Below are positions 52,111-64,000 of a stretch of DNA of 64,000 nt, in pieces. The position numbers and the translations under genes are program-made. Every line of letters starts with the position of its first letter. Within the stretch, counting starts at the first letter, position 1. A model generated the notes under the pieces. It did no database searches. It had not been told where the DNA came from and was given only the letters and a program-made list of their open reading frames with translations. This DNA is from Callorhinchus milii (lineage: Eukaryota). The stretch covers positions 90,522,001-90,586,000 of the forward strand of contig NW_024704742.1 of the NCBI RefSeq assembly GCF_018977255.1, read 5' to 3'.

Positions 52111-53114
52111 ACATTTGCTGAGATGTATTCTTGCTGGGTTGTTAAGTAGGACTCGAACCTTGCACAACACATGTAAGTTGAAGGTTAATAATAAGTGTAT
52201 ACATGTGAAAACATGTAGATTGGAATCTTGGCACGATCAAATACTGCTCTGTATTGATAAAACTTCAGATCACGGTGCACTGTCCTGACTGATGATAGAC
52301 TGACTGCCACTGTCTAATCAAAAGAACAGGCATTTCTGTTGCCAAATCACTTGGATGGGCAGCAGATAAGACTTTGGGATCAGATGGTCACGTCCAATTC
52401 CACCAGGATTCTCATCTCAGATCCTGGTTTTCGCTCAGTTTACCTCAAGAACATGATCCAAGTGACATTTCACAAATTCCTGGATAAATGTTGCTACACT
52501 TGGCCCAGCAGAGAGACAAGCTGTGTCATGCACAAATCAATATGAGCACTGTGTTGTTTCATCAGCCTAAAAATCAGGCAAAAGCCATGGCTCTAGAGAA
52601 TCTGACATGCATAAGCTGGATAATGCAAAAGGGTTTGTCTGCCGCACACAGCTATCAGGTCGCAGTATGAAACAAGACCTGCAGTTAACTGAAGCTGAAT
52701 TTAAAGGGAGTGGAGAAATCATGCTACAATTACTTTCTTATTCTTGTTATGTAAAGAGCGATTTCACTCAAATACATTTGAGTGCGATTTATTATTACAT
52801 AATTATAGTTACTATATAATGTATCGATATGACATGTAAACATATATTCCGCCCTGTTATAATCTATTTAAGACAGTGACTAATCTGATATTTGCCATTT
52901 GTCTGTAATACAAAATGTCCTAGTTGTACCATTGCACTAGTCAGATGTATGATATTTCATTTACAACTTGAAATACATATTTATCAACATTACTGAAGGA
53001 TTTACAATTTCCAATAAAACATTATAGTTATTAAAATATATATATTTAAAATAGGAAAATATACTAAAAAAGATACAGGCACCAAGCATGCTCCCAAGAG
53101 TAGAGGTAATGCTC

Positions 53115-53262
53115 ATAGGTTAGAAGGTTATGCTGATAGGCTTAGTTGAGGAAGGGCAGGAGGAGGCTCTCGTGGAGCATAAACGCCAGCCTAGACCAGT
53201 TGGGACGAATGGCCTGTTTCTGTGCTGTATATTCTATGTAATTCTATGTAATTCTATGTAAT
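53115..53262 (+). mobile_element. CR1 3' end with (ATTCTATGTA)3 terminal repeat
   Basis: gaccagttgggacgaatggcctgtttctgtgctgtat followed by three 10-nt repeats. Confidence 0.88.
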
Positions 53263-53600
53263 AGAGTTCTGTAGCTTAGTGGTTAGGGGACTCAAGTTGT
53301 AGACAAGAGGACCTGACACTAGGCTGACACTCCAATACAGTGGTGGGAGAGCATGAATCGTTTGGAGGTGCCAAGCTTCAGATGAGATCTTAAACTGAGG
53401 CCTGTCTCATTTTCGAATAGCACTCAAGGATCTTAAACACTCACTGTTAAAACTAATTTAATATTGATAAAGCTGGTCATTCACATTGCTACACCAAGCT
53501 TATCTGCAACATGTACAGTCACCACACTTCACAGTAAATCTTGCAAAGTGCTTTGCAATGTCCTCTCAACTGAAAAACACCACAGCAAATCCAAGCCTCA
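53263..53600 (+). mobile_element. Old tRNA-headed Deu-domain SINE
   Basis: gtagcttagtggttag head; aggctgacactcca...ggaggtgcc...cagatgagat..taaactgaggcc Deu-like core. Confidence 0.65.
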
Positions 53601-54304
53601 TTACTTATTTATAGACATTATAGACTTAGAGGGCAACTAGAAATGAGTGAAAAGCAAATTCAACATAGACAATTGGGGAAATTAACTCCCTTAGTGTGAT
53701 AAATGTTTACGATAATCTGGCAAGTAAGGTCCAGTAACAAATAACAATAAAATAGGTCTAGCATTAGATGCAATGAACAGAAAGCTAATGTAACAGAAGG
53801 AAGAGTTTTCATTATCCCAATTTTTTCTTACAAAACTGTGTTTTCGACCGCGCCTTTGGTCACCTGCCCCCCTCCATCCCCCTGGCTCGGTCCCAGGATC
53901 CATTACTGTAAAGCGCTCTGAGACACCGTCCGGCATGGAGGGCACTATGTAAATCCAAGCTGTTGTTTGGAAGAGTTACAGATAATAATCTTCTTTATAA
54001 ACCACTCAAACATCAGTCTTTTAATTCAGAACATCAAAGCTCATCAATTATGTTACTGTTTTCTGCCCACTTTTACGTTAATTTCTTCATGGTCACATCA
54101 TGGTCACATGGGTATTAAACATTTCTTTATTGTGTTTGAACAATAGGCCTGATCAATAACTATTGTTACTGTTCCGGAGTATTGATTCAACAGATTATGG
54201 AACAGATTATGGTTATTTGACATGGAGACCACAAAACATATTCTGTGTACATGGCAGATTGCTTTTCTAATCCCTTTAAAATAAAATTTTTAAAATAAAT
54301 AATA

Positions 54305-54455
54305 TTTTGGTCACACAATCCACAACTGTTTGTGGGACACTGCTGTGTGCAATTGACTGCCACATTTCGCCCACAAAATAGTTAATTCACTTTATAGTAT
54401 ATTCTGTGAAGCGCTTTGAGACGTCTCGAAGACGTAATAAGGCACTATATCAAAC
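54305..54455 (+). mobile_element. SINE 3' half
   Basis: ctgtttgtgggacactgctgtg...gaagcgctttgagacgtctcgaagacgt. Confidence 0.85.
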
Positions 54456-54460
54456 AAGAT

Positions 54461-54600
54461 CATAAGAAATGCTAGATGAAAAAAGACCAAGGTCCATCTA
54501 GTTCGCCTTCCACCTTCCTGGCAGTTGCATGCACACATATCCCAAACTACCTATGTACCATGTTATTCCCTAAAAGAAGACTATCTAATCTGTGTCTGAA
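54461..54600 (-). mobile_element. CR1 3' end fragment
   Basis: Near copy of 13875-14010. Confidence 0.85.
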
Positions 54601-54821
54601 AAATGAAGGATTATTATTTTTATTATGGATTGGGACCCTTTCTACAGTTATTGCGTATGGAAACTCTAAGGTAGCTTCATGTCTGCTTGAGTTACTTCCA
54701 CAACCTATAGTGAACAAAGTGGAAAGAAAGACATGCACTCTTTCTTCATCGTTTTTCAAACTAACATTTTAAAAAACCAAATCATCGAAGGTACATTTGA
54801 AATAATAAAAAAAAGACATTA

Positions 54822-55463
54822 CCCAACGCCGCCACTGTCTCACACCGCAGGCCGCCAAAACTCTCATACACGCATTCATAACATCGAGGCTTGACTATGC
54901 AAACTCCTTGCTTTTTGTCCTCCCCAATTCCTCCCTCCATAGCTGCAGATCATCCAGAACTCTGCAGCCCGTGTCCTCTCCTGCACCAGGCTTCATGACC
55001 CTATCACCCCCATCTTCGCCCGACTCCACTGGCTTCCCATCACACAGAGGATACAGTACAAGATCCTGGTCCTCACCTTCAAAGTCCTCCATGGCCTTGC
55101 TCTCACCTATCTCTGCGACCTCCTAACCCCCAACCATCCTGCCCGCTCCCGCCGCTCAGTGGACTCTGGCCTGCTTCACATCTCCTGCCTCGCCCACCAA
55201 GTGACATTGGCGAGTGGGCCTTCTGCCACTCTGCTCCCACCCTCTGGAATTCCACCCCACAGTCCCTTCGCTTTGCCCCCTCCCTTGCCTCCTTCAAAGA
55301 CGTATCTCAAGACCCACCCCTTTGACCGTGCTTTCGATCACCCCGCTTCCCCCCACCTGCCCCGATCCCAAACCCCAGCTCAGGTGCGAAACAATGACTG
55401 TCCAGAGTCTTGGGACATCCTCCCAACGTGAAAGGCGCTACACAAATATAATTTTGTTGTTGT
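54822..55463 (+). mobile_element. L2 LINE 3' fragment
   Basis: atcgaggcttgactatgcaaactcc (SRLDYAN), L2 tail ending gttgttgtt. Confidence 0.9.
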
Positions 55464-55492
55464 TAGGGTGCTTAGAAACTGAATATCATTGA

Positions 55493-56012
55493 AACAACAA
55501 CAACAACAAGATTCCATTTATAAAGCGCCTTTCACGTCAGGAGGACGTCCCAAGGCACTGCACAGTTGGGTCATGACCCGAGCAGGGGGGAAATGGTCAG
55601 GGTGAGGGGAGGGAAGGGAGGGAGCGAGGAGGGGGAAATGGTCAGGGTGAGGGAAGGGAGGGAGCAAGGAGGGGGAAATGGTCAGGGTGAGGGGAGGGAA
55701 GGGAGGGAGCGAGGAGGGGGAAGAGAGTCGAGAGGGGAGCTGAAGGCACGGTCAAAGAGAAAGGTTTTGAGACCGGCCTTGAAGGAGGAAAGGGAGGAAG
55801 CAAGGTGAAGGCACTGGGGGATGGAGTTCCAGAGCCTGGGGGCTGAGAGGCTGAAGGCCCGACCACCGATGGTAGGGCGGTTGGGGCGGGGGACGTGGAG
55901 CAGACCAGAGCCAGAGGAACGGAGGGTACGGGCAGGTAGGTAGGGGGATAGTAGGTTGGAGAGGTAGGAGGGAGCAAGGCCGTGAATGGCCTTGTAGGTG
56001 AGGATGAGGATG
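55493..56012 (-). mobile_element. Young L2 LINE, 5'-truncated
   Basis: ILTYKAIHGLAPSYLS...GGRAFS..APRLWNS.P...LKTFLFDRAF open frame; three C-rich units; (GTT)n tail. Confidence 0.95.
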
Positions 56013-57017
56013 AGGAAACAAATAGTCATGGCATAACTTGTTTAATAAGGAATTTATTTAATCTGTTGACCAGTATAAACAACTTAATTTTCATCTTTGC
56101 AAGCTTATGAAATAAATACACTTTTAGAAACTCAAGTGTTAATTGTGAAGTTCTGTTTACCCCTATGCATAATTTTGGTAGTGGCTGAAACCTCACAAGA
56201 TGGATAGCAGGTACATTCCCTTCCCATTGAGTGATTGTTCCACAAGTTGCAGGGACAGAGTTTAAGTAGCAGCTGCTTACTTCCCTGCAAACCAATCAAA
56301 GTGGATTCCAAGCACTGAATGTACGAAAGTGTACTCAAAAACCTAGATTCCAGATGACGTCTTCCAGCAACTGTTAGCCCAAGCTTCAGTGTCTGTTCAC
56401 TAACCATCTTCTTTCAGTGTGGTGGGAGGACTTTTACAGGGCAGCTTGTGATGTGACAGCCACCTTGATGATTTTGAGGTCCAGTTTCAATGCAACGCAG
56501 GAGACTTCCTCAGTACCAGCTGCTTAATTGAAATCCTCACGTGAGGGACTTTAGCAAACAGAACTGCCCACTGTGAAGGCGATTCCGCCTCCAGGGTATT
56601 TAGCGACAGGTCAGTGTGGGCCAGAGACCTCCCACTCTGCAGCAGCTTCCCATGTTTGCCAAAATATCACCTGACTGCTTGATCCTGGACTTTGCAAATG
56701 GGCCGGAGGAAGCCCTCCACTGCCTAGATCCATAAGTATTCAGATCCATAAAGAAGGACTGTTTGCACACAGGTCTTATGTCACAAGCTTGACCTGCGCT
56801 GGGACCTTGCTGTCTTTGAAGCGAGACAAGCACAACCATAATGCCTTTCACCCCTTCTCTGCACGGTCCTTCAGGACAGTGTCCAAACAATCCCCAGGTA
56901 CTGATAATCAACAACTGGGACTGTTGCCTGTTGGCCCTTCTGATCAATATCCCCGACGTCTTCTCTTGAGCCATGCAGAACCATGATTCTGCCCTTGAGG
57001 GCACACATCACCATGTC

Positions 57018-57451
57018 TTCGAATTCAAGATCCTCATCCTCACCTACAAGGCCATTCACGGCCTTGCTCCATCCTATCTCTCCGACCTACTATCCGCCCA
57101 CGTACCTGCCCGTACCCTCTGTTCCTCTGGCTCCGGTCTGCTCCACATCCCCCGCCCTAACCGCCCTACCATCGGTGGCCGGGCCTTCAGCCTCTCAGCC
57201 CCTAGGCTCTGGAAATCCATCCCCCAGTACCTATGCCTTGCTTCCTCCCTTTCCTCCTTCAAGCTCGGTCTCAAGACCTTTCTCTTCAACCGTGCCTTCA
57301 GCTCCCCTCTTGACTCTCTACCCCCTCCTCGCTCCCTCCCCTCCCCTCACCCTGACCATTTCCCCCCTGCTCGGGTCCCGACCCAACTATCCAGCGCCTT
57401 GGGACGTCCTCCCGACGTGAAAGGCGCTCTATAAATGCAATCTTGTTGTTG
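57018..57451 (+). mobile_element. Young L2 LINE, 5'-truncated
   Basis: FKILILTYKAIHGLAPSYLS open frame; same family as 55493 copy, opposite strand. Confidence 0.95.
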
Positions 57452-58099
57452 TCTCACCGGGCCCAGCGCTCAAGATGGCGGGTGCACTTTAAAAGGTCCC
57501 CTGATGATTCCACCAGCACAATATCGCCCGCAATCCTGTCCAAAAGGCCTGGAACAAATGCACCAAGTCTACTCCCTAGATGTCACCCAACATAATAATC
57601 CTTGCATTTGATATAGCGCCTTATCACATCTTTCTCGAGACGAATCAACGAGCTTCACAGAATATACTGTAAAGTGAATTGATAGCATTTTTGTGGATGA
57701 ATATGTAATTGCTGAATATACTGAATAGGGTGGGTGATTCTAAGATTCTATGATTTAATATACAGAAAGCAGAAAAAACTGTACAACTATTTGATACATG
57801 TAAATCTTCTCCCACCAAAACTAATCTTTTAGAAAATAACAATGTCTTTCCCATTGTATGTTCTTTCAACCTATTTAATCCATTTCAGAAGATTTTCTGT
57901 TAATGCCATATGGATAGCCGTACAAGTATGCTGCCTTGATGCAGGCAAAATACATTAAATTTGCATAATAGAGTATTGCTGTGGCACAAAATTAAACAAG
58001 ATTAATTCAAGTTTTGATAGCTCAACCACTGTTATGCCAAAAAAAAGCCTACACATTTTTTTATCAACCAAATTTGGGACTTTTGGTGTGTCTGGTCAG

Positions 58100-58292
58100 A
58101 AGGCTCAGCCAGAATTCCTGCTCCTGATCATTATCATTTGACTCTGTAGGAAAGGGCACATATGTGGTCATTCACTGGACACAAGATCTGACAGGCATGT
58201 GAAGCCTCTCAAGGATAAACAGTCTGTGAAGAAGCACTGCCCGACTAACACGTGAATAGGGGAAGAGTTGGGCAAGGCAATGGAGGGTTGCC
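58100..58292 (+). mobile_element. AmnSINE2-like fragment
   Basis: tcagccagaattcctgctcctgatca...ttgggcaagg..tggaggg resembles recalled AmnSINE2 body. Confidence 0.5.
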
Positions 58293-60527
58293 TATCCAAT
58301 GTAGGAAGTCAACATCTTTAGGAAAGGAGAGAAGAAAATTGGAGGAAAACCTCCATAAAAGGTGACAGAATGTACATATAATTTGACCAAAGTAACCCTT
58401 AATAGCAGGATGGAAGGAAAATCAACACAGTTCAACACCATTCTGACTAGTGCATTTTGCTACTTTTTCAATAATGCCTATGGTAAACTCCCACTGCTCC
58501 GTAAAATGCTCTTTAGACTCTATGTGAAGGGTGCTATAAAAAATACAATTTGTTGTTGATGAGTATGACCTACAGCATGCCAGGATCTGTCCTCCAACTG
58601 AGAGACCCCGACATTATGATTGGAGAGCACTAAAGATACAACTTTGTTATATTTTATTTTTGTTTAAAAGGAGGAAAGGAAAGAGGGTTGTTATCAACCG
58701 AAAAGCTTTCGATGTGCCATTTCTTAAAAGAAAAAAAGATTTGCACTTATGAAATCTGGTTAAAATCTGAACAATTTTTTTTAATAGTAAAGTGACCAAG
58801 CAGTCTTCACTTCAAACACAGATGTTCAGATAGATAGCTCCATAACATTCATGGGTTTTACTGGATTAAAAATAAAAACAGATCGCTGATCCTCTTTCTT
58901 TTGACTGTCACAGAATGTATTGCCTTTCAAAATGAACAAATACACATACACAACTCTTCACTCAAGATAACTGCCGTCTTGCAATATTTCTTCACAGTTT
59001 TTATTGATGTGCATCATTTCTTCAACTTTCTCAGGAGAAGATAGTGCAGTGAAATCCCCTTGTACTCCTCATATTATGGCTACTATCCTGAGAGGTTTAA
59101 AAACAACTGGACCATGGCTGGATAGCTATAGCAAATGCCTGCATGAACAAGCTTATAAGGGCCCAAAACAAGAGTTACTTTAGCTTTGAACAAGCAGCAT
59201 ACATCTTTTGTTAACCCACAAAAAGTGAATTTTAAAATCATCAAAATGTACTGCATCTTTCACAGTATTCCCCTATGATAAATGTTAAATCCATTTACAC
59301 ACAAGGTATAACCACAGAAATCACTTTTCACTAATTTTACTTTCAGATCCAAAAGAGACCTTCTCATTAAAATTAAAAATCAAACATCTTCAATGTTGAA
59401 ACATAATTGTATGTTGAGGTCTGCTTTCATCAATTTTTGCTGTAAACTAAAGCAACCAACAAATATCTTATTTATCCAAAATATCTTAAAAAGACAGTTT
59501 ATTGATTTTTGCTGCACAGAAGAAAAACTATAGCTCCACATTTGTACGTAAATAGTGTTGAGACACAAGTCAGATTTCTATTTAAAACCATCATGCTAAC
59601 GCTAAGGTGCAGCATAAATCCCAGCAGAGTACCACAACTCAAAAGAAAAACTCCAGCCTTTAAAATACATGCTGGAAATAGATGTTGATCAGTTCTGTTG
59701 GGCAGCTACAATTACCTTCCAGGCCATCAGTACATTACAGTGGACCCAATGTACTTTTTCTAATATTAAACCCTGCCCTGTATCCTGATGAGTGTCTGAG
59801 TAGGATCCTTAATATCTATTTGATAATTAATCTCCTTGTCAAGATAAGGCTTTCCCAAGACAGAGTAGCAGTGTGATATGATCTGTACAATTGTTCATAT
59901 ACAGGAATGTGGCATTTACACCACTCTCCACACTGCTAGTAAGAAGTCAGGGACTTTGGTCTCAGACTTAGAGAGGCCAATTATGATTCAAGCTGATCCC
60001 TGAGAGAATTTGCTACCAAACTGCAAAGGTCAGCTAATATTGCTGTGTTCCTTTTCTTTAAACAGACAGTAAGAACTAGAAATACAAATCTCTGATACTT
60101 TGAGTTAATTTATGTGGCATTTTCAAAACATTTTCTGAAGAACCGAATAGCCAAGTTATAAAAAAAAGACAAAAGAACAGTGTTTCAAGTTGAAATGCTC
60201 TAAAATTTCTGTCTATGAATAGAAATATGTTAAAGCATATCAATCGAAAAGATATGGATAAGCAAGTGGTCTCTGTAATTAGAGCACTGACTTTAGCCCT
60301 ATGTAGACAGGAAGGTCAGTACCAATTTTTTTAAACAAAAGAAAACTGAAGAATATCAATCCTCACTGTGAATATTCAATACCTGAAAATCAGTCATTTG
60401 GGGAATAATTTTCCCCCATGACGGTAATCTTTGTTTGGTCCCATCTGTATATGGAAACTATAATAACGGCATTGCAAGTTATAACCAAGGCATTTTGTAG
60501 CTTTACATTGATACTACACATTACATT

Positions 60528-60705
60528 GCGGAGTCCTGTAGCTCAGTGGTTAGAGCAATCGCCTCGCAAGTGAGACACACGGGTTCGATTCCCGGAAGGG
60601 CGAAACCTTGGGTAAGTTTCCTTACTCCACACGCCTGATAATTATCCCTCAAGAAAAAAAATAATAATTTGGGCACTCGATCAACGACTGTTTGTGGGAC
60701 ACTGC
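60528..60705 (+). mobile_element. tRNA-Ala SINE 5' half, short subfamily
   Basis: gagtcctgtagctcagtggttagagc head, GGTTCGATTCC B box, stops after gtttgtgggacactgc. Confidence 0.9.
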
Positions 60706-61414
60706 AGAGGTGCAAAGTAGAACATTTTCCCACTTTGAGCATTACACTACCAGCATCAGGTTTGTTGCACTCTGGCCCAACAGTATTCTTTAACCCCATC
60801 TTGGAACGCCCTCCCGACGTGAAAGGCGCTATACCAATGTAATCTTGGTGCTGTATCTTGGAAAAATACACTCCGTTGATTCAATTTTCCTACAAAAGAC
60901 ACTGACAAATTGTACTCAACTGAAACAAGACTGCGGAAACTCATTTCACATTGGATCCTTATGCACGGCATTCAACATTTAGGAAATTTAAGGGGGGAGA
61001 TTTATGATCATAAAGGTAAGAGATTACAATACTATTTAAAGAAATGCAGCTATAGGTATTTTTAAGCATGTCAGATATCAAAATAGGTTACATTTTGAAA
61101 CTGAATATTATTCTTAACGAGTGAGATTTCATAGGCCTGATTACAATTGATGGTGAGAGGAGAGCTGTCATCCCATCAGTCTGGTCCCATATTGGTTTTC
61201 TTAGTGCTAGTCACAATATAAAGTAAGTGCAGTCAGCACTAAGCTCATATCTTTACCGTCCATGTTCTAAATGTACAGTGCACTGTTATGGTATTTTCTT
61301 CAGATTGAAAAGAGGTGACTGTTCTGTCAGCTCTGTTGAATCTGAAAAAAATGCAGCAACATAAATCAGTTTACACATGCATTGAGCAAAACATTTTAGG
61401 GCACTACAACAATA

Positions 61415-61628
61415 CAATAATAATCCCTCCTAAAACCAAAAACAATAATTAAATTGGTCATTTTCAATCTACGACTGTTTGTGGGACATTGCTGTGCACA
61501 ATTGGCTGCCGCGTTCGCCCACAAATATTCAGTCAATTCACTTTACAGTGTGTTCTGTGAAGCGCTTTGGGATGTCCTCCCGACGTGAAAAGCGCTATAT
61601 CAAATGCAAGGATTATTATTATTATTAT
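61415..61628 (+). mobile_element. Young SINE, 3' two-thirds
   Basis: Matches 35475-35690 closely. Confidence 0.92.
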
Positions 61629-61965
61629 AACAGCACTTGCATTTATAAAGTTCCCTTCACATTAGACAGCATCTCAGAGCGCTTAACTTGACAGAACTTG
61701 ATGGCGAGCCTGGGAGAGAGGAGAGGTGACCATAGGCATAATCTAAGAGGATGGTCTTCAGGTGTCATCTGATAACAAACAAGAGGGATTAAGGCAGAGA
61801 GTTCTAGAGTCAAAGTTTCACAGCGTAGTGGGTGATAATACGGCCGCCGATGGCGAAGCTGAAGCATTGACGGATTTGCAGATAGCCGGAGCCAGATGAA
61901 GGAAGGGAGAAGGTTGAGGAGTGCGGTGTAAGCAAGTCAGAAAGATCAGGAGATGCTAGGGCAAC
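61629..61965 (-). mobile_element. Old L2 3' fragment
   Basis: L2 tail at 61629-61690 and LASPDLSDLL peptide. Confidence 0.75.
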
Positions 61966-62508
61966 AACTTGTCTCAGAGCTAAGACAGTGTTTACACAAC
62001 AGTGAAAATGGGGAGCATAGAGATTAGTTACCTTGCAGTGTCTACATTCTTTTGAACAGAGGCGTTCACCACACACAAATAAATGGGTTTTCCATTTATT
62101 TTCTGATGTTTTCTTATTCCAATCCAAATTTGAAAATAAGGACTAGCTCTTCCCACATGAAGACAATGTCTGACTGCACCAAGCCAATAGGAATAAGGAG
62201 ATTGCTCCTTCACTTATCATGCTAAAAACTTTGCCATGAACACCACTGAGAACATTATTCTGTTTGGATGTTTTTTTTTGTTTGACGAATGCTTAACTCA
62301 CACATAATAAATATACAGTCAATTTACTTGTGAAGCGCTTTGAGTCATCTCAAAGATGTGATAAGGCGCTATATCAAATGCAAGAATTATAAGTATTATA
62401 ATCATATTGCTGTACTTAAGAGAATCCAAATCAGACAGAGTTCCACATATGAATGGAAATTTCTCTTTGTCTGGAATGGATGCATTCTGCTCATCTAATC
62501 CCAGAAAT

Positions 62509-62830
62509 ATAATAATAATAATCCTTGCATTTGATATAGCGCTTTTCACGTCGGGAGGACGTCCCAAAGCGCCTCACAGAACACACTGTAAGGTGAATTG
62601 ACTGTATATTTGTGGACGAACGCGGCAGCGAATTGCGCACAGCAATGTCCCACAAACAGTCGTAGATTCAAAATGACCAATTTATTATTGTTTTTGGTTT
62701 TGGAGGGATTATTATTAGGCTCTGTGTGGAGTAAGGAAACTTGCCCAAGGTTTCGCCCTCTGCCTGGAATTGAACTCAGGTCTCTAACTTGCAAAGCGAG
62801 TGCTCTAATCACTGAGCTACAGGACTCCAC
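62509..62830 (-). mobile_element. tRNA-Ala SINE, young short subfamily
   Basis: Near-identical reverse complement of 35362-35690. Confidence 0.95.
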
Positions 62831-63389
62831 TGAAAGTACAATGGAACCTCACTAAATGTAATCTGTTGTGCAAAATTGGCTGCGCGTTTCGCACACAAAA
62901 TATAATCAATTCACTTTGCAGTATATTCTGTGAAGCACTTTGAGACGTCGCAATGACGTGATAAGGACCATATTAAAAGCAAGGATATTATAATAATATT
63001 ATAATTATTGTTGGGATCCATAAAATCCCAGAAGTTTTGAGATTTAGTACAGTGGTCCAACCCAAATTGACAAGGGGTCACTGAGATGCAGAAAATGCCT
63101 CCTTATAATAAAAAAGGACTTAGCCTAGAATGACGTGATAAGCACTATATCAGATGCAAGGATTATATGATTATATTATTATTTATTGTACAGGTGTACT
63201 GTTTGCACATGTTATGCATTATATATGCTCATTTTTGCATTGCAAATGAGTAACAGTAAGTTTTTCTTTGCAACAAAATTTTCAGCAATAACATTTTACT
63301 TCCATCAACCAACTGAAATGGCAATACTCCACTATGTCATTGTACATAACAGCACACAGTATAACCTGAACAAGTATGTGCTGCTGATT

Positions 63390-63620
63390 TTTCTCTTTGA
63401 CCGAGCCTTCAGCTCCCCTCTCGACTCTCTTCCCCCTTCTCGCTCCCTCCCATCCCTCCCCTCACCCTGACCATTTCCCCCCTCCTCGCTCCCTCCCTTC
63501 CCTCCCCTCACCCTGACCATTTCCCCCCTGCTCGGATCATGACCCAACTGTGCAGCGCCTTGGGACGCCCTCCTGACGTGAAAGGCGCTTTATAAATGGA
63601 ATCTTGTTGTTGTTGTTGTT
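63390..63620 (+). mobile_element. Young L2 3'-end insertion (short form)
   Basis: Starts tttctctttgaccg, two C-rich units, stem-loop, (GTT)n tail. Confidence 0.93.
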
Positions 63621-63667
63621 ATTGATATGACGTATGCCTGATATACGACAATAAAGTTCCACTGTAC

Positions 63668-63987
63668 GTGGAGTCCTGTAGCTCAGTGGTTAGAGCACTC
63701 GCTTTGCAAGCGAGAGACCTGAGTTCAATTCCAGGCAGAGGGCGAAACCTTGGGCAAGTTTCCTTACTCCACACACCTAATAATAATCCCTCCAAAACCA
63801 AAACAATAATAAATTGGTCATTTTCAATCTACGACTGTTTGTGGGACATTGCTGTGCGCAATTGGCTGCCGCGTTCGCCCACAAATATACAGTTAATTCA
63901 CTTTAGTGTGTTCTGTGAAGCGCTTTGGGACATCCTCCCGACATGAAAAGCGCTATATCAAATTCAAGGATTATTATTATTATTATT
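63668..63987 (+). mobile_element. tRNA-Ala SINE, young short subfamily
   Basis: Head with CTCGC-TTTGCAA-GCGAG anticodon arm (TGC, Ala), (ATT)n tail. Confidence 0.95.
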
Positions 63988-64000
63988 GCAGAAAAATGCA

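Noticed and set aside
53231..53262. CRISPR-like or satellite array
   Set aside because: Three 10-nt tandem units without spacers, the normal CR1 terminal repeat; eukaryotic context
56132..57010. Several overlapping ORFs as a gene
   Set aside because: No splice-consistent frame or recognisable protein; likely an old retroelement remnant, family not identifiable by eye
63668..63745. Functional tRNA-Ala gene (also at 2642, 35362, 60528, 62760)
   Set aside because: The tRNA-like head continues directly into SINE body and tail in many diverged copies and lacks a proper acceptor stem and terminator

Overview
Vertebrate, repeat-rich, AT-rich genomic DNA, most consistent with a cartilaginous fish (probably a chimaera/holocephalan; inferred from repeat content, not proven). 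The window is almost entirely intronic or 3' flanking sequence of one minus-strand gene, centlein (CNTLN). Seven coding exons (43994 down to 13297) have GT-AG boundaries, splice in frame and encode the C-terminal coiled-coil region. I could not find the vertebrate-type last exon; a candidate alternative two-exon ending lies at 13004-12470. The rest is retroelement debris: L2 and CR1 LINE fragments, a tRNA-Ala-headed SINE with an L2-type tail in at least two subfamilies, old Deu/AmnSINE-like SINEs, a Penelope-type terminal remnant and Tc1/mariner fragments. Most ORF-track entries are artefacts of these repeats. There is no prokaryotic or CRISPR-type system. The most interesting signals are: three L2 3'-end insertions that share one 5' boundary, a CpG-rich unknown body carried on an L2 tail, SINE/LINE tail matching, inverted repeats bracketing exons, and a perfect 38-bp inverted templated copy. 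All family names come from recalled consensus sequences and need Dfam/Repbase confirmation.
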